64,000 nt of DNA, from the NCBI RefSeq assembly GCF_006345805.1, contig NC_042998.1:61256001-61320000 (forward strand), given 5' to 3'. The notes under the pieces were generated by a model. It made no database searches. It saw nothing but the letters and a program-made list of their open reading frames with translations, and had not been told where the DNA came from. Numbering within the stretch: position 1 is the first letter of the stretch; each line of letters starts with the position of its first letter. Of the stretch, positions 14,254-27,581 are shown piece by piece. A program made the translations under genes and the position numbers. Source of the DNA: Octopus sinensis (lineage: Eukaryota).

Positions 14254-17200
14254 CTGAAATTCATAATATGAAGTGTTGTAATTTATAGTAAAATTTACCA
14301 GCATTCAAATTCACACAAATGCTATAATTATTAATCTAAACATTTACCAATTAAGGACTTTCACAGCAATACTGACCAAATGATTTCACGATTATATTTT
14401 CTAATGTTTGTTGAGATATTGTGATTGGGCCTCATACTTTACCAAGACCAACATTGATGTTTCTAGTAAGTAACACTGTCTTTGATTATTGGATTCTCAA
14501 GATATTTGTAAATCATTAACCATCTCACAAATAATTGTCTTAGCTTCAACCATTCAGTCTTGGCATTCTCCACCTCTCTTTCAAGTCATTGTTCTTATCC
14601 TCATTTTCTTATAATTTCAGTCCCTGCATCCTCATCATTCTTCGTTATCATCACTAAAATTCTCACTTTCTCAATATGTCATCATGATTGTAAAAAACAC
14701 ATGAAAGAGCAATGAGAATTGTATAATATTATGAGATGCAAGACAACCTGACCAGTGCTAGTGCTATGAGAAAATGGCCCCAGTACACACATGAACTTGC
14801 ACCTGGGTAGCAGGGTCTTACAGACAGAAACTGTCTTCGATGTTATTGTTAATATAAGAACAACATCAAAAGGAATATCTAATACCATTCATGTCACCAA
14901 AGTTACACTACAAATTTTCACTGATGTTAATTAAGACCAACTAATTACAAATGATCAAAGAAATTATTTATATAATATATCTAAATAGTATCATAAATAT
15001 ACAGAAATGTGTCACATGTTGTTTCAGGAGACAATAACATCTAGACCTCATTGGACTATAGAAGTCAATAATCCCAGTATGTAGAGAAGTGGTTGTGTAC
15101 ACATGAAAAACAGTAGAATTACTTACACAGAAGGTAATAAGGTTTAAATCTGTTGGGTGAGAGTACAAGATGATGCTATGAGAAAATAGGGTTCAATTTC
15201 AGACATACAAATGTAAATCAGTTAATAAATAATATCTGATTCATTACCATGTTAAAAGGTTTCATATGTATTACAAAGAAAACACTGTCTGTCATTGCAA
15301 TAAAAGATATTTATGCAAATTGTATCTGATATGACTAGAAAATAAGTGACTTTCATTACAGAGAATATGATTATGTCCCAGCACAGATCTCTATTGCAGA
15401 ATTTCCTCCCCCTCCTCCTCCCTCTCCTCATCCTTTAACACCACAACCATATGTATATATATGTATATAGACTAATAGCAGTATTGCCCGGCTCGTGTGC
15501 TCTTGTGTTCTATGCACACGTGAATTAAGCTAAACTTGGATGAAGTTCAATCAAAATTAAATTATTTTGGTTTTTAAATCAAGCATTTTATACCCTTATG
15601 TGTTCTATTTCCTGAAAAGGAAGCACGTAGAAGCGTTTCATAAACTCTACCAAGACCAACATTGATATTCTAGTAAGTAACACTGTCTTTGATTATTGCA
15701 TTCTCAAGATATTTGTAAATCATTAACCATCTCACAAATAAATTTGTCTTAGCTTCAACCATTTAGTCTTGGCATTCTCCACCTCTCTTTCAAGTCATTG
15801 TTCTTATCCTCATTTTCTTATAATTTCTGTCCCTGCATCCTCATCATTCTTCCGCTATCACATAAAATTCTCACTTTCTCAATATGTCATCATGATTGTA
15901 AAAACACATGAAAGACATACAAATGTAAATCAGTTAATAAATAATATCTGATTCATTACCATGTTAAAAGGTCTCATACGTAATACAAAAAAACTCTGTC
16001 TGTCATTGCAATAAAAGATATCTGTACAAATTGTATATAATCTGACTAGAAAATAAGTGACTTTCATTATAGAGAATATGATTATGTCCCAGCACAGATC
16101 TCTATTGCAGAATTTCCTTCTCCTCCTCATCCTTTAAAACCACAACCGCCACCGCCGCAAGCACCACCACCAGGAGCAGCACCACCTCCATCACCACCAC
16201 CACAACCCCCACCACCACCATCATCATCATCGTTGTTTAATATCTGCTTTCCACGCTGAGGTGTGACTGAGGGCTTGGAAGCCTAAAAGCTGTACCAGGT
16301 TCCAATCTGATCTCATATGTGTGCATATATATGCAAACATACATATACATGCACACGTATATATGCATATATATTTACATACATATACATTCATAGATAT
16401 ATCACAGTGAAATTATTAACTCACAGTACAAAATGTATGGACCTTATGTAAGACATGTATGAAATTTGAATGAAATCAGTCGGGTAGTTCTGGAGTTTTA
16501 GTGTCGCACACATACAGACAGACTGACAAGCATTTACATGTACACATACATGCATTCTCAGTTATACACATACAATATGTAAATAGACTAATAGCAGTAT
16601 TGCCCGGATCGTGTGCTCTTGTGTTCTATGCACGCGCGTTAAGCTAAACTTGGATGAAAGTTCAATCAAAATTCAATTATTTTGGTTTTAATATCACAGC
16701 ATTTATACCCTTATGTGTTCTACTTCCTCAATAGGAAGTACGTAGAAGCGTTTCATAAATTTTTGTTGATCAAATAATTGCCATTGTTGAATTATTCTTT
16801 TATATCAGTATTTCTCAACGGGGATTCCAAGGTAGAGATCCAGGAACTGCTGGCGATGTATCGTGATAATCAAAAATCCAGCCTGCTAAAATTTGGTTAA
16901 AGTGATTCAAACTGCAGACTCAATGCAAAATGGTTACATTTAATTCAAAGCATTAAAAATGTTATGTAAACAATTGGTATGTGTTCACATAGTCCAAATG
17001 ATTTATACGAAAATACCTTCCAGGCTATATCCCTAAGAGTCATTTCTTTGCTGAATTTCTCTAATGTTTATTGCGATTTGCTTTTATATCTTGATTTTTT
17101 ATTTTTCATGCAATTTACGCATGCTTGCACGTGTGGTGAACACAGATCACGTCAAAAAGCTGACTGATTAAAGTTCACTATTCAACGCATAGGATAAGGC

Positions 17201-19293
17201 CTAAACAAACACATTATCGATTTTTGCAATTGCGAGATGAATTTGGAAGAGAAATAGTGCAGTTCAATTTTCATTCGCCTAAACTTTAAGTGACCCATTT
17301 TTGGTGGTTCTATGATCTGTTGGCTAGGAGGAGATGTGCCAGAAAGTTAAACCCACAGACACACACACAGACAAACAAGTTGAGTTTCATATATATATAG
17401 ATAATACATATTCTAATCTGAGACATTCTGGGAAGATACTCCGGCAAGAGATCATATCTCATATCAAACATCAGACTACCTTAAAAATGTGACGTCTTCA
17501 TAAGATGATAAATCAACAAGAACTTCTGGATAACGATTTTGGAACCAAATGAAATTGTCTCTAACAAATTTTACCAGTTGAAAACCTTTTTATTTGCGCG
17601 ATTGTTATTGAATCTCCTACATTAGAAAGCTGAAAAAATGAGGTTCTTATAAGTAATTTTGACTTTAATTATCAGATTCACAAGATGTTAAATACATCAT
17701 TAATCATCACTGTTGGTTCACAACTGATGGTTATTTTCAGTCTTATCATTCTCCCACCTCTCTTTCAATCACCATTTGTATCCTCATTTTCTCACAACTT
17801 TCACTCCCTGCATCCTCAGTATTCTCTGTCAACACTCTCAACGTGTCCCCTTGAATGATAACACACATCAAAGAGCAGTAAGAACTGTCAACTTTATGGG
17901 ATGCAAGAAAAACTGACCAATGCTAGTGCTCAAAGGAAAACTATATAAATGAATTTGGTACTTCAGTTTTATACTCAACATTTGACGGAGATTTTCTTTG
18001 CTGGGTTGTGGCCGGCCGTTCATTTCTAGGCGGCAATTCTCTGCCTGAAATTCATAATATGAAGTGTTGTAATTTATAGTAAAATTTACCAGATTCAAAA
18101 TTCACACAAAAAGCTATAATTATTAATCTAAACATTTACAATTAAGGACTTTCACAGCAACACTGACCAAATGATTTCACAATTATCTTTTCTAATGTTT
18201 GTTGAGATATTGTGATTGGGCCTCATACTTTACCAAGACCACATTGATGTTCTAGTAAGTAACACTGATTGGTTTTTGGATTCTCAAGATATTTGTAATC
18301 ATTACCATCTCACACAAATAAATTTGTCTTAGCTCACACCATTTAGTCTGGCATTCTCCACCTCTCTTCAAGTCATTGTTCTTATCCTCATTTCTTATAA
18401 TTTCAGTCCCTGCATCCTCATCATTCTTCGTATCACTTAAACTTCTCACATTCTCAACATGCCTTCATGATTGTAAAAACACATGAAAGATCAACGAGAT
18501 ATGTATAATATTATGAGATGCAAGACAACCTGACCAGTGCTAGCGCTACGAGAAAATGACCCCAGTTACACACATGAATTTACACCTGTTGTAGCAGGGT
18601 CTGACAGACAAAAACTGTCTTCGATGTTATTGTATAATATAAGAACAACATCAAAAGGAATATCTAATTCCATTCATGTCACCAAAGTTACACTACAAAT
18701 TTTCACTCATGTTAATTAAGACCAACTAATTACAAAATGGTCACCGAAATGATTTATATAATATATCTAAATAGTATCATAAATATACAGAAATGTTCAC
18801 ATGTTGTTTCAGGAGACAATAAATTCTAGACCTCATTGGACTATAGAAAGTCAATACATTTTTAGAAAGTTTTTAGAAAAGTAGATTACTCACGATTTGT
18901 GTTTTTTTTTGACCCACGAAAAACAGTAGAATTACTTAACACAGAACGGTAATAAGTTTTAATCTGTTGGGTTAGAGTACAAGATGCAGATATGAGAAAA
19001 TAGGGTCAATTTTCAGACCTATACAAATTGTTAAATCAGTTAATAAATAATATCGGATTCATTATCATGTTAAAAGGTTTCATAGTAATACCAAAAAAAC
19101 ACTGTCTGTCATTGCAACCAAAAGATATCTATACAAATTGTATATAATCTGACATCATCTAGAAAATAAGTGACTTTCATTACAGAGAATATATTATGTC
19201 ACCCAGCATAGATCTCTTTTGCAGAAATTTCCTTCTCCTCCCTCATCCTTTCACACCACCACCCACCGACCATCACCAACCACCACCCACCAC

Positions 19294-20260
19294 ATTTCAG
19301 CATGTAAAAGCCCCATTCGAGGAAAATTTAAGTAATACTAAGTAATTAAGGGTTTAGCAACGAATTGCCTCACCAACACACCGAATTTAGAAATAGCAGT
19401 CAAAGAGATATAGCTATTCCTTCTACTAAAAGGGGGATCTCAGTAAAAACACAGCACTTGAAAGGCAAACACAGACAGGTAAGAAAGAAAGAATGAAATG
19501 ACGGCAATCCATCATGCAATTATAAGTTACCTACGGACGTACGTTTCGAGATCAAGTTTTAGGATAGCATAAGAATTAGAAAATTCTACTTTACCCATAC
19601 TTCTTCTCTCATCGGCGCAGGATACTACAATTATGAATAATTGTATATTAAATTTTGAGATACTAGAATGCATCATCTCACCTCAGAGCGAGCTAAAGCA
19701 TGACCAGTACCACGAAATTCAAAGTTTGAATGAAAGTTTAACCATATTTTATCCCAGTAAATGACCACAGCATTTTATCTTGGCTACACGCGGGTGGAAG
19801 GGGGCTGGTGACACAAACTTTCATTCAAACTTTGAATTTCGTGGTACTGGTCATGCTTTAGCTCGCTCTGAGTTGAGATGATGCATTCTAGTATCTCAAA
19901 ATTTAATATACAATTATTCATAATTGTAGTATCCTGCGCCGATGAGAGAAGAAGTATGGGTAAAGTAGAATTTTCTAATTCTTATGCTATCCTAAAACTT
20001 GATCTCGAAACGTACGTCCGTAGGTAACTTATAATTGCATGATGGATTGCCATCATTTCATTCTTTCTTTCTTACCTGTCTGTGTTTGCCTTTCAAGTGC
20101 TGTGTTTTTACTGAGATCCCCCTTTTAGTAGAAGGAATAGCTATATCTCTTTGACTGCTATTTCTAAATTCGGTGTGTTGGTGAGGCAATTCGTTGCTAA
20201 ACCCTTAATTACTTAGTATTACTTAAATTTTCCTCGAATGGGGCTTTTACATGCTGAAAT
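19294..20260. repeat. Near-perfect palindrome with 446-bp arms (19294-19739 and 19815-20260) and a 75-bp spacer
   Basis: The arms are reverse complements. I saw only two mismatches. Confidence 0.95.
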
Positions 20261-20797
20261 CTACTTGGTGTAATTGATAATTATCCCTAATTAATTAATT
20301 TCACCTTTTATTATTACTGATAACCATATTTTATCCCAGTAAATGACCACAGCATTTTGTCTTGGCTACACGCGGGTGGAAGGGGGCTGGTGACACAAAC
20401 TTTCATTCAAACTTTGAATTTCGTGGTACTGGTCATGCTTTAGCTCGCTCTGAGTTGAGATGATGCATTCTAGTATCTCAAAATTTAATATACAATTATT
20501 CATAATTGTAGTATCCTGCGCCGATGAGAGAAGAAGTATGGGTAAAGTAGAATTTTCTAATTCTTATGCTATCCTAAAACTTGATCTCGAAACGTACGTC
20601 CGTAGGTAACTTATAATTGCATGATGGATTGCCGTCATTTCATTCTTTCTTTCTTACCTGTCTGTGTTTGCCTTTCAAGTGCTGTGTTTTTACTGAGATC
20701 CCCCTTTTAGTAGAAGGAATAGCTATATCTCTTTGACTGCTATTTCTAAATTCGGTGTGTTGGTGAGGCAATTCGTTGCTAAACCCTTAATTACTTA
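19739..20797 (+). repeat. Direct repeat with a 582-bp period (spacer plus right arm repeated at 20321-20797)
   Basis: taaccatattttatcccagtaaatgacc occurs at 19739 and 20321 and the following ~475 bp match. Confidence 0.95.
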
Positions 20798-20825
<28 letters not shown>

Positions 20826-20828
<3 letters not shown>

Positions 20829-21177
20829 CATCACCATCATCATCATCATTTAACATCCGCTTTCCATGCTAGCATGGGTTGGACGGTTCAACTGGGGTCT
20901 GGGGAGCCCGAAAGCTGCACCAGTCCAGTCAGATCTGGCAGTGTTTCTACAGCTGGATGCCCTTCCTAACGCCAACCACTCCGAGAGTGTAGTGGGTGAT
21001 TTTATGTGCCACCGACACAGGTGCCAGACGAGGCTGGCAAACGGCCACGCTCGGATGGTGTTTTTTATGTGCCACCGACACAGGTGCCAGACGAGGCTGG
21101 CAGACGGCCACGCTCGGATGGTGTTTTTTATGTGCCACCGACACAGGTGCCAGACGAGGCTGGCAGACGGCCACGCT

Positions 21178-21182
<5 letters not shown>
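20826..21182 (-). mobile_element. RTE-tail-type SINE or LINE 3' end with three ~63-bp tandem repeats
   Basis: (cat)n tttaacatccgctttccatgctagcatgggttggac. It is the reverse complement of the tail that follows the RTE LINE at 54480-54880. The repeat ttttatgtgccaccgacacaggtgccagacgaggctggc occurs three times. Confidence 0.8.
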
Positions 21183-21214
<32 letters not shown>

Positions 21215-22501
21215 TTGTGTCTATGTTTTTGTCCCCCCACCATTGCTTGACAACCAATGTTGGTGTGTTTACGTCCCTGTAACTTAGCAGTTCAGCAAAA
21301 AGAGACCAAAGAATAAGTGCTAGGCTTAGAAACAATAAGTCCTGGGGTTGATTTGTTAGACTAAAGGCAGTGATTCAGCATGGCCACAGTCAAATGACTG
21401 AAACAAATAAAAGAATGCATACATGCACACACACACATACACACACATCCATCTATAAACATAGAGGAAAATGTATTTTTTATCAGGAGTCATTTACTTA
21501 ACTGGTTTCAAAATGTCATGACTTTCAAGCGAAGTATGAGACAGAAGGATCTGGAGTTTAACTGGGGTTCAAAAATCTGTTTCTTTTCCTAGAGAGATTT
21601 GAGCTCAAAGAATAATGATAATAATAATCCTTTCTACTATAGACATAAAGCTTGAAATTTTGGGGAAGGGAACTAGTTAATGACATCAACCCCCAGTTCT
21701 TGACTGGTACTTGATTTATTGATCACAAAAGAATGAAAGAAAAAGTTATCCTCAGTGGAATTTGAACTTAGAATGGAAAGACAGTTAAAGTGCCACTAAA
21801 TAGTTATGCCCAGTGTGATAATGATTTTGCTAGCTCGTTGCCGTTAACTCTTTCATTACCAACCCATCTGAATGAACCCATTGATATTTAAATGTGAATT
21901 TCAGCACAAAGGATGAAGACATTTGATTTTACTTTGTAAATAGTTGAGTTACAATATCTGACATTGTTTGATATCTGAGCTGTGCGAATTTTGGGAGATT
22001 TTTTTTTCCCACATTTTTTCTTCAGTGATTTTTTTTCAACTTTTAAAATGGATTACGGATTCTGAATTTGAAGGCTTTTCAACAGAAGATATGGAGAAGT
22101 CAAGCAAATGTAGGCTTGTAAGCAGCAATCACTACGGAAACAAATCATTTCACAGAAAGTAAACAAACCAAGATAAAAAAAGCTAGCTTGTGATTAGAGT
22201 CACTTAGAGACAAAAGTTATGCAATAGAATTGATTGAAAACTTTTCTTCAATTCATCATCATCATCATCGTTTAACATCTGCTTTCCATGTTGGCATGAG
22301 TTGGATTGTTTGACTGAGGGTTGATCTGGCAATGTTTCTACAGCTGGATGCCCTTCCTAATGCCAACCACTCTGATAAATTACAGTTGTTTAATGAAACC
22401 AGTCTAAATTTGTGATGATTTTAGAATTTAATTGAAACTCATAAGGGATGTGTTCTACTTAGGAATAATGTAATGAAAGGGTTAATAATAACAACAACAA
22501 C

Positions 22502-22533
<32 letters not shown>

Positions 22534-23646
22534 TAATAATCCTTTCTACTATAGGCACAAGACCTGAAATTTTGTGATAGGGGACTTGTCGATTACATCG
22601 ACTTTAGTGTTCAACTGGTACTTATTTTAATGACCCCTAAAGAAGGAAAGGCAAAGTTGACTTTGGCAGAATTTGAACTCAGAACAGGATGAAATACCAC
22701 CAGGCATTTTGCTCAGTATGTTAACAATTCTGCCAGGTCGCAACCTTTAATAATGATGATAATAATAATAAATAATAATAATAATAATAATGGTTTCAAA
22801 TTTTGTCACAAGGGCAGCAGTTTTATAGGCAGGGATGAGTTGATTGCATTAAACTCAGTGGTCAACTGGTACTTATTTTCTCGATCCCAAAAGGATAAAG
22901 GCAAAGTTGACCTTGGCGGAATTTGAAATCAGAACTTAAAGACAAGCAAAATGTCACCAGGCATTTTGCTCAGTGTGCTAATGATCTTGCCAATAATAAT
23001 AATAAATGCCTTTATGTAGTACCTGGCAGTGGCTTTCATGGCTTCTGATCCTAAATGATTGGAAGTGTTATCATGTACATTGTTTTGTCTTGGTATAAAA
23101 GATGGGCTACAGCAAATATTCTGTTCATTACCACAGATTTACTTGTCAATTGTTTGACCATAACCAGTTGAGCATCTCCCTTAGTGGCTGATGATATGTG
23201 CATCTCTGATCATGAGTAGTAGTGGGGGAACATCATAGCCATGTGTTGAGAGGTATTCTTTGGAGTTTAAATAATTTACCTCTGAAAACATGGGTGTTTT
23301 GTTCATCATCCTTAAACAACCTTTATTCAGGGACCTTTTGAGTGGGATGAGCTACTCAACCTGATGAAAATTCTAACTGGGCCCCACCTGCAGGGCCATG
23401 CTCCATTTATCTTGGTATCAGATCTCTATGTCGCACACATGGTTGTGATGCTTGTGCCTGGTGTACCCTTATCAGATGAGTTGTCATGATGGGTATTCTG
23501 GGCTTCGTATATTTTACCCCGGTGTCACTTTGATGGCATGCATTTCTCTCTCACTCAATAATAATAATAATAATAATAATAATAATTAATAATGATAATA
23601 ATAATAAATGTCTAAAAATATAATAATTTCTTTCCATTTCTTGTAG

Positions 23647-23791
23647 ATTGTTGATCTTGGATACATAACAGAATTCTCTAAAGAAGCACTAAAGTCATCC
23701 AAAAATGATTTAGAGAAAGCTTTGAATCTTCTCAATAAATATGATGGAATTTTGCCCCCTAATCCAGCTTCACCCCTTCAGTCACCCCAAG
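23647..23791 (+). CDS. NUB1: Internal exon (phase 0-1) encoding a UBA domain and Pro/Ser linker, IVDLGYITEFSKEALKSSKNDLEKALNLLNKYDGILPPNPASPLQSPQ, NUB1-like
   Basis: Acceptor ttccatttcttgtag, donor g|gtaatt. UBA pattern LGY...EAL...ND.E.A..LL followed by G.LPP, as in the last UBA of NUB1 (recalled alignment). Confidence 0.75.
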
Positions 23792-23959
23792 GTAATTGTT
23801 TGATATTTCCACCCAACTCCCAACGCTAGTTGTCAAACCACCCCAAGGTAGCATGAGTTGCTTGACCTGCCAACAGTAGTAGTCAAATCTTCCTTAAATC
23901 ATTGTCTACCATCTAAAAATAAAAAAAAAAAAACACAAAGGAATATATTAGATAATGTA

Positions 23960-24270
23960 GTCCTTGATATGTGGAGGGACATGGCCTAGTGGTTAGAGCA
24001 GCAGGTTCATGGTTGAGGGTTCACGGGTTCGAATCTCAGACAAGGTGATATGTGGGTTTATGAGTGAAACACCTAAGCTCCACGTGGCTTTAGCAGAAGG
24101 TAACGGCGAGCTTCTGCCTACTCTTTCACCACAACTTTCTCTCACTCTTTCCTCCAGCATCTAGCAGCTCACCTGCAATAGACCATCCAGGTGGAGAACC
24201 TAGACGCCAATGAAAGTGGGGAAATTGGCCCTTATGAGCCTGGCATAGCTTGAGAAGGAATATACAACAA
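23960..24270 (+). mobile_element. tRNA-derived SINE in the NUB1-like intron
   Basis: Head ggcctagtggttagagcagc...gggttcgaatctc carries A/B-box-like motifs. A related core lies inverted at ~49430-49470. Confidence 0.6.
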
Positions 24271-25352
24271 TCCTTGATGCAATATGTCAAAAAATAGATG
24301 GAGTGGCCATAACTGGAATACCTTTGATCAAAGTTAACTTTGGACTATACATACAAAATAGCTGGTTATTATGTTTTGTTTTTTTCCCCACCTGACCCAG
24401 CTTTTTCTTAATCACTCCATCACCAGGTATCCTGTGGTTATCTAATGAATGCCGTCTGCTCAAAATGCCTTGTTTTTTTTTCATATCCATCTTCTGATGT
24501 GGGTAATGGTTGGGATTATTGGTTTTCACCTGGTTGGCCTGGGTTTGATTCCTGGCGTCAGAAAGTTAATTGAGTTTTATGGGTGTTGGTGTGGTTGAGT
24601 GATTAAGAAGTTGGTTCCCCAAGTATATGGTTTCTGCTTCAACCCCACTGTGTAGCACCTTGCACAAGTGTCTTCTGCTATAACCCTGGGCCAAGCCATG
24701 CCTTGTAACTGAATATGGCAGATAGAAACTCTGTGGAAGCGCATCATATATATATGTGTATGTGCGTCCAATAGTGTAGCTAGAGTGTGTGCCACCTGGG
24801 GCAGCTCTTCTATTTGCTACTCCCGGACCCCACAAGAAACACATATTACCTACAGCAAGCCCAAAAGTGGTGCTCCTTTAAAAGTGCCACTCGGGGTAGG
24901 CTGTCCCCACCCCTCTCCCGATCGCTACGCTAATGTGTGTGTCTTTGTGTTTGTCCTCACTGCTGCTTGACAAGTGTTGGTTTACAGGCACAGTCCCAGG
25001 AATTTTTCAAAAGGAGGGCATAAGGTCAGAAAGGAATACAATTTCAGGAGAAAAGGGCGTAATATTATTTAGAAGGGTGCACTTCTTTTCTTGAGAGGGG
25101 CACGTGTCCCTAAGGCCCCTCCCCCCTTTGGGTCCGTCCCAGTTTTATTTACATCCCCTTAACTTAATGGTTCACCAAAAGTGACTGATAGAATATGTAT
25201 CAGATTAAAAAGAAAATATGTCCTGCGGTTAAATTATTTGATTAAATCTTTCTAGGTAGTGCTCTAGCATGGCTGCAATCCAATGACTGAAGCAAGTAAA
25301 AGATAAAATGATAACTGGCATTTTACATTTATAATCCTTTCTATTTTGACAG

Positions 25353-25504
25353 AAAATACTCAAGAACAAGACATGAAGGAGAAGGAGGTATTGGATAATT
25401 TCAGGAAAATTCTACCCAGGGATTCCGAAGATTACCTTGATTTCTTACTTATAGAAGAATCACAGATCCTTTCAGACTATCTGAGTTTACTGGAACACGT
25501 CTAG
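25353..25504 (+). CDS. NUB1: Terminal coding exon (phase 1), ENTQEQDMKEKEVLDNFRKILPRDSEDYLDFLLIEESQILSDYLSLLEHV*, NUB1-like C-terminus
   Basis: Acceptor ctattttgacag, in phase with the previous exon. EDYLD..L.EE..I...YLS resembles the human NUB1 C-terminal EDYLDSTLEDEEIIIAEYLSY as recalled. Confidence 0.75.
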
Positions 25505-25696
25505 CAGAACATCAGATGGAAAACTTGTTTGTTTGGAGATAAGACTTATTTGATACACAGGAAAAACAGAATAGGAAACTTAATTATTTGGTCATGTTTA
25601 TTGCTACAATCTTACGAGTTGTTGAAAGATCTTTTAATATTTCATCTTGAAAATTAAGCCAGCTGTCATGGCATGGACTGATTATACTTGTGTTAG

Positions 25697-25792
25697 ATTT
25701 TCTAAAATTAAAATTGAATTTTTTCTAAAATTAAAATTGAACTTTTTCTAAAATTAAAATTGAATTTTTCTAAAAATTAAATTTAAAAATTG
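25697..25792. repeat. ~23-24 bp AT-rich minisatellite (ttttctaaaattaaaattgaa), about four copies
   Basis: Directly visible, downstream of the NUB1-like stop. Confidence 0.85.
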
Positions 25793-26068
25793 TTTTGATT
25801 TAATGAATAGGTGTGGTGTAAAGGTTTCAATATTCCAACAGAAATATTATGATAGAATATTCTCCTGAGGAAAACACTTGGAAGGAATTAGTTTCATGAT
25901 TCTATAGGAAATATGTTAGTGAAAATATTGATAACTAATTTTCTTAATAAATAGTCTATGTTTTTTTACAGTCATATATGCATATCGTGTGTGTGTGTGT
26001 TTTGTATGCATTTATGTATGTATGTATGTATGTATGTATGTATGTATGTATGTATGTATGTATGTATG

Positions 26069-26337
26069 AGTAATTAGAAAATGGAGAAAACCATAGATTA
26101 ACCAGCACATTGATTGGACCACATTTATAGCTTACTTATTAATACACAGCATGAATTAATTCGAATACCCTATGGAGATGAAGAATTCTCACATTTATGT
26201 ATAGACTGCATTCTGGTAATCTGATTAGAAACAGCTGTAAGATTTGTTTTGTCATGCTTTGTATTAATAAATAAGTTATAAATGTGGTCCAATTGATATG
26301 TTGGTTAATTTATGGTTTTCTCCATTTTCTAATTACT
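26069..26337. mobile_element. Foldback/MITE-like element with ~86-bp imperfect terminal inverted repeats
   Basis: agtaattagaaaatggagaaaaccat... at the left end pairs with ...atggttttctccattttctaattact at the right end. No clear TSD. Confidence 0.75.
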
Positions 26338-27581
26338 TGCCTTGGTTCTTGATAAACTCTTGTTTATCCTGTTGTTATCTATACTCTATGTGTATGCTGT
26401 GCCTTCACACCATCGCCTGGGGATAATACAGATACTGATAGTATATACGGATATTTTATCCCTTAGTAGGTTACTATAACCACTAACTCTGTTTATATAT
26501 GTGTATATATATGTATGTGTGTGTGTATGTATACATATATATACACATGTACATAATTTAAAAGTTCTTGAAAGTATACAGTGAAATATCATAACAATGA
26601 TAGAAGAATAAGCCAGAAGTGATGGGAGTATATTTATATACCTTTATAAAATGTCTCGATTTTCCTAAGATGATGATAGCTTATCCTGTCATTTTCTTCT
26701 TTTTTGTGTTGCTTTCACTTCTGGTTTATTTTCTACTATTACCTATACATACATGTTTCTTTATTTTCACACACACATATCAGATAAAAAATAAGTCGTA
26801 AGAGTACCTGCAGAAATCGAATGTTGCATCTCTTGTAAACCCTTCCAGCTGTAGTAACCACTGCACCAAAACAACATCAGAAACCATTTGAAACAAATAT
26901 CCTTTTTTATCAAAAATTATCTCAGTAAAACAAAAGATTAACACAGACTTAATGAAAGAAATCCTTTTTCATGGAGAAATTGACCAGAGAGATATTCAAA
27001 AGACATGGCAGAGGATGTAAAGCTGTTGTCCCTTATTAATTTTTTTCTTGGCAACTTTTCTCTGGAGGAGTCTATTTGAAATGTTGGATCTTCCACTCTT
27101 CATGTCAGCTTCGCTATACCTTTTTTTCACTTTACTGTAATTTTACTAATATACACTAATATTTTAATTTTACTAATATACATGCACACAAACACATATA
27201 AATACATGCACACACATGCAGCATGTTATGCATATGAGGTACACATGTAGACCAATACTCAGAGTAACCAGTAGGCATTGATAAAAAAAAAACTGTCCAC
27301 AAGAGGCCTTATCATGCTAAAAGGAATATCTCGTTGAGGGAAAAGTATTAGTGTGTGTAAATGTATAGTTGAAAATTGTACAAAGACAGCCAAGAAAAGA
27401 ACAAACAAGGAGTGTCAGTTTGATGCTCAGGAAAAAATGGAAGAGTCTTTGACACTTCAAGCCTATGCTTTCCTACAGAAAGGAATGAAGAAAAAAACGG
27501 AGAGAGAGAAGAAAAATGTGTCTGGATTAATGATTGCACACACACATATGTATGTAAGTGTGTGTGTGTGTGTGTACATAT

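Larger units (their letters stand above)
1..19290 (-). repeat. Left block of a tandem array of ~2.7-3.8 kb units, complete and partial, two lineages
   Basis: Marker ctgac(c/a)aatgctagt recurs at ~601, 3057, 7076, 10990, 14121, 17913. Marker acctgtgtag(c/a)agggtc recurs at ~1111, 5060, 8178, 8993, 11670, 14800 (variant), 18584 (variant). The other segments recur in the same order. Confidence 0.95.

Noticed and set aside
20850-21335. Overlapping ORFs with threefold peptide repeats
   Set aside because: They arise from the 63-bp tandem module in a SINE or LINE tail.
21968-22162. ORF containing DSEFEGFSTED
   Set aside because: The motif resembles ends of DNA-transposon-derived sequence, but the match is too short to call and has no exon context.
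26590-27120. Minus-strand open stretches with faint RING-CH-like spacing (VQWL...FCRYSY)
   Set aside because: The key Cys/His ligands are missing, the frames are broken, and I cannot support homology without a search.
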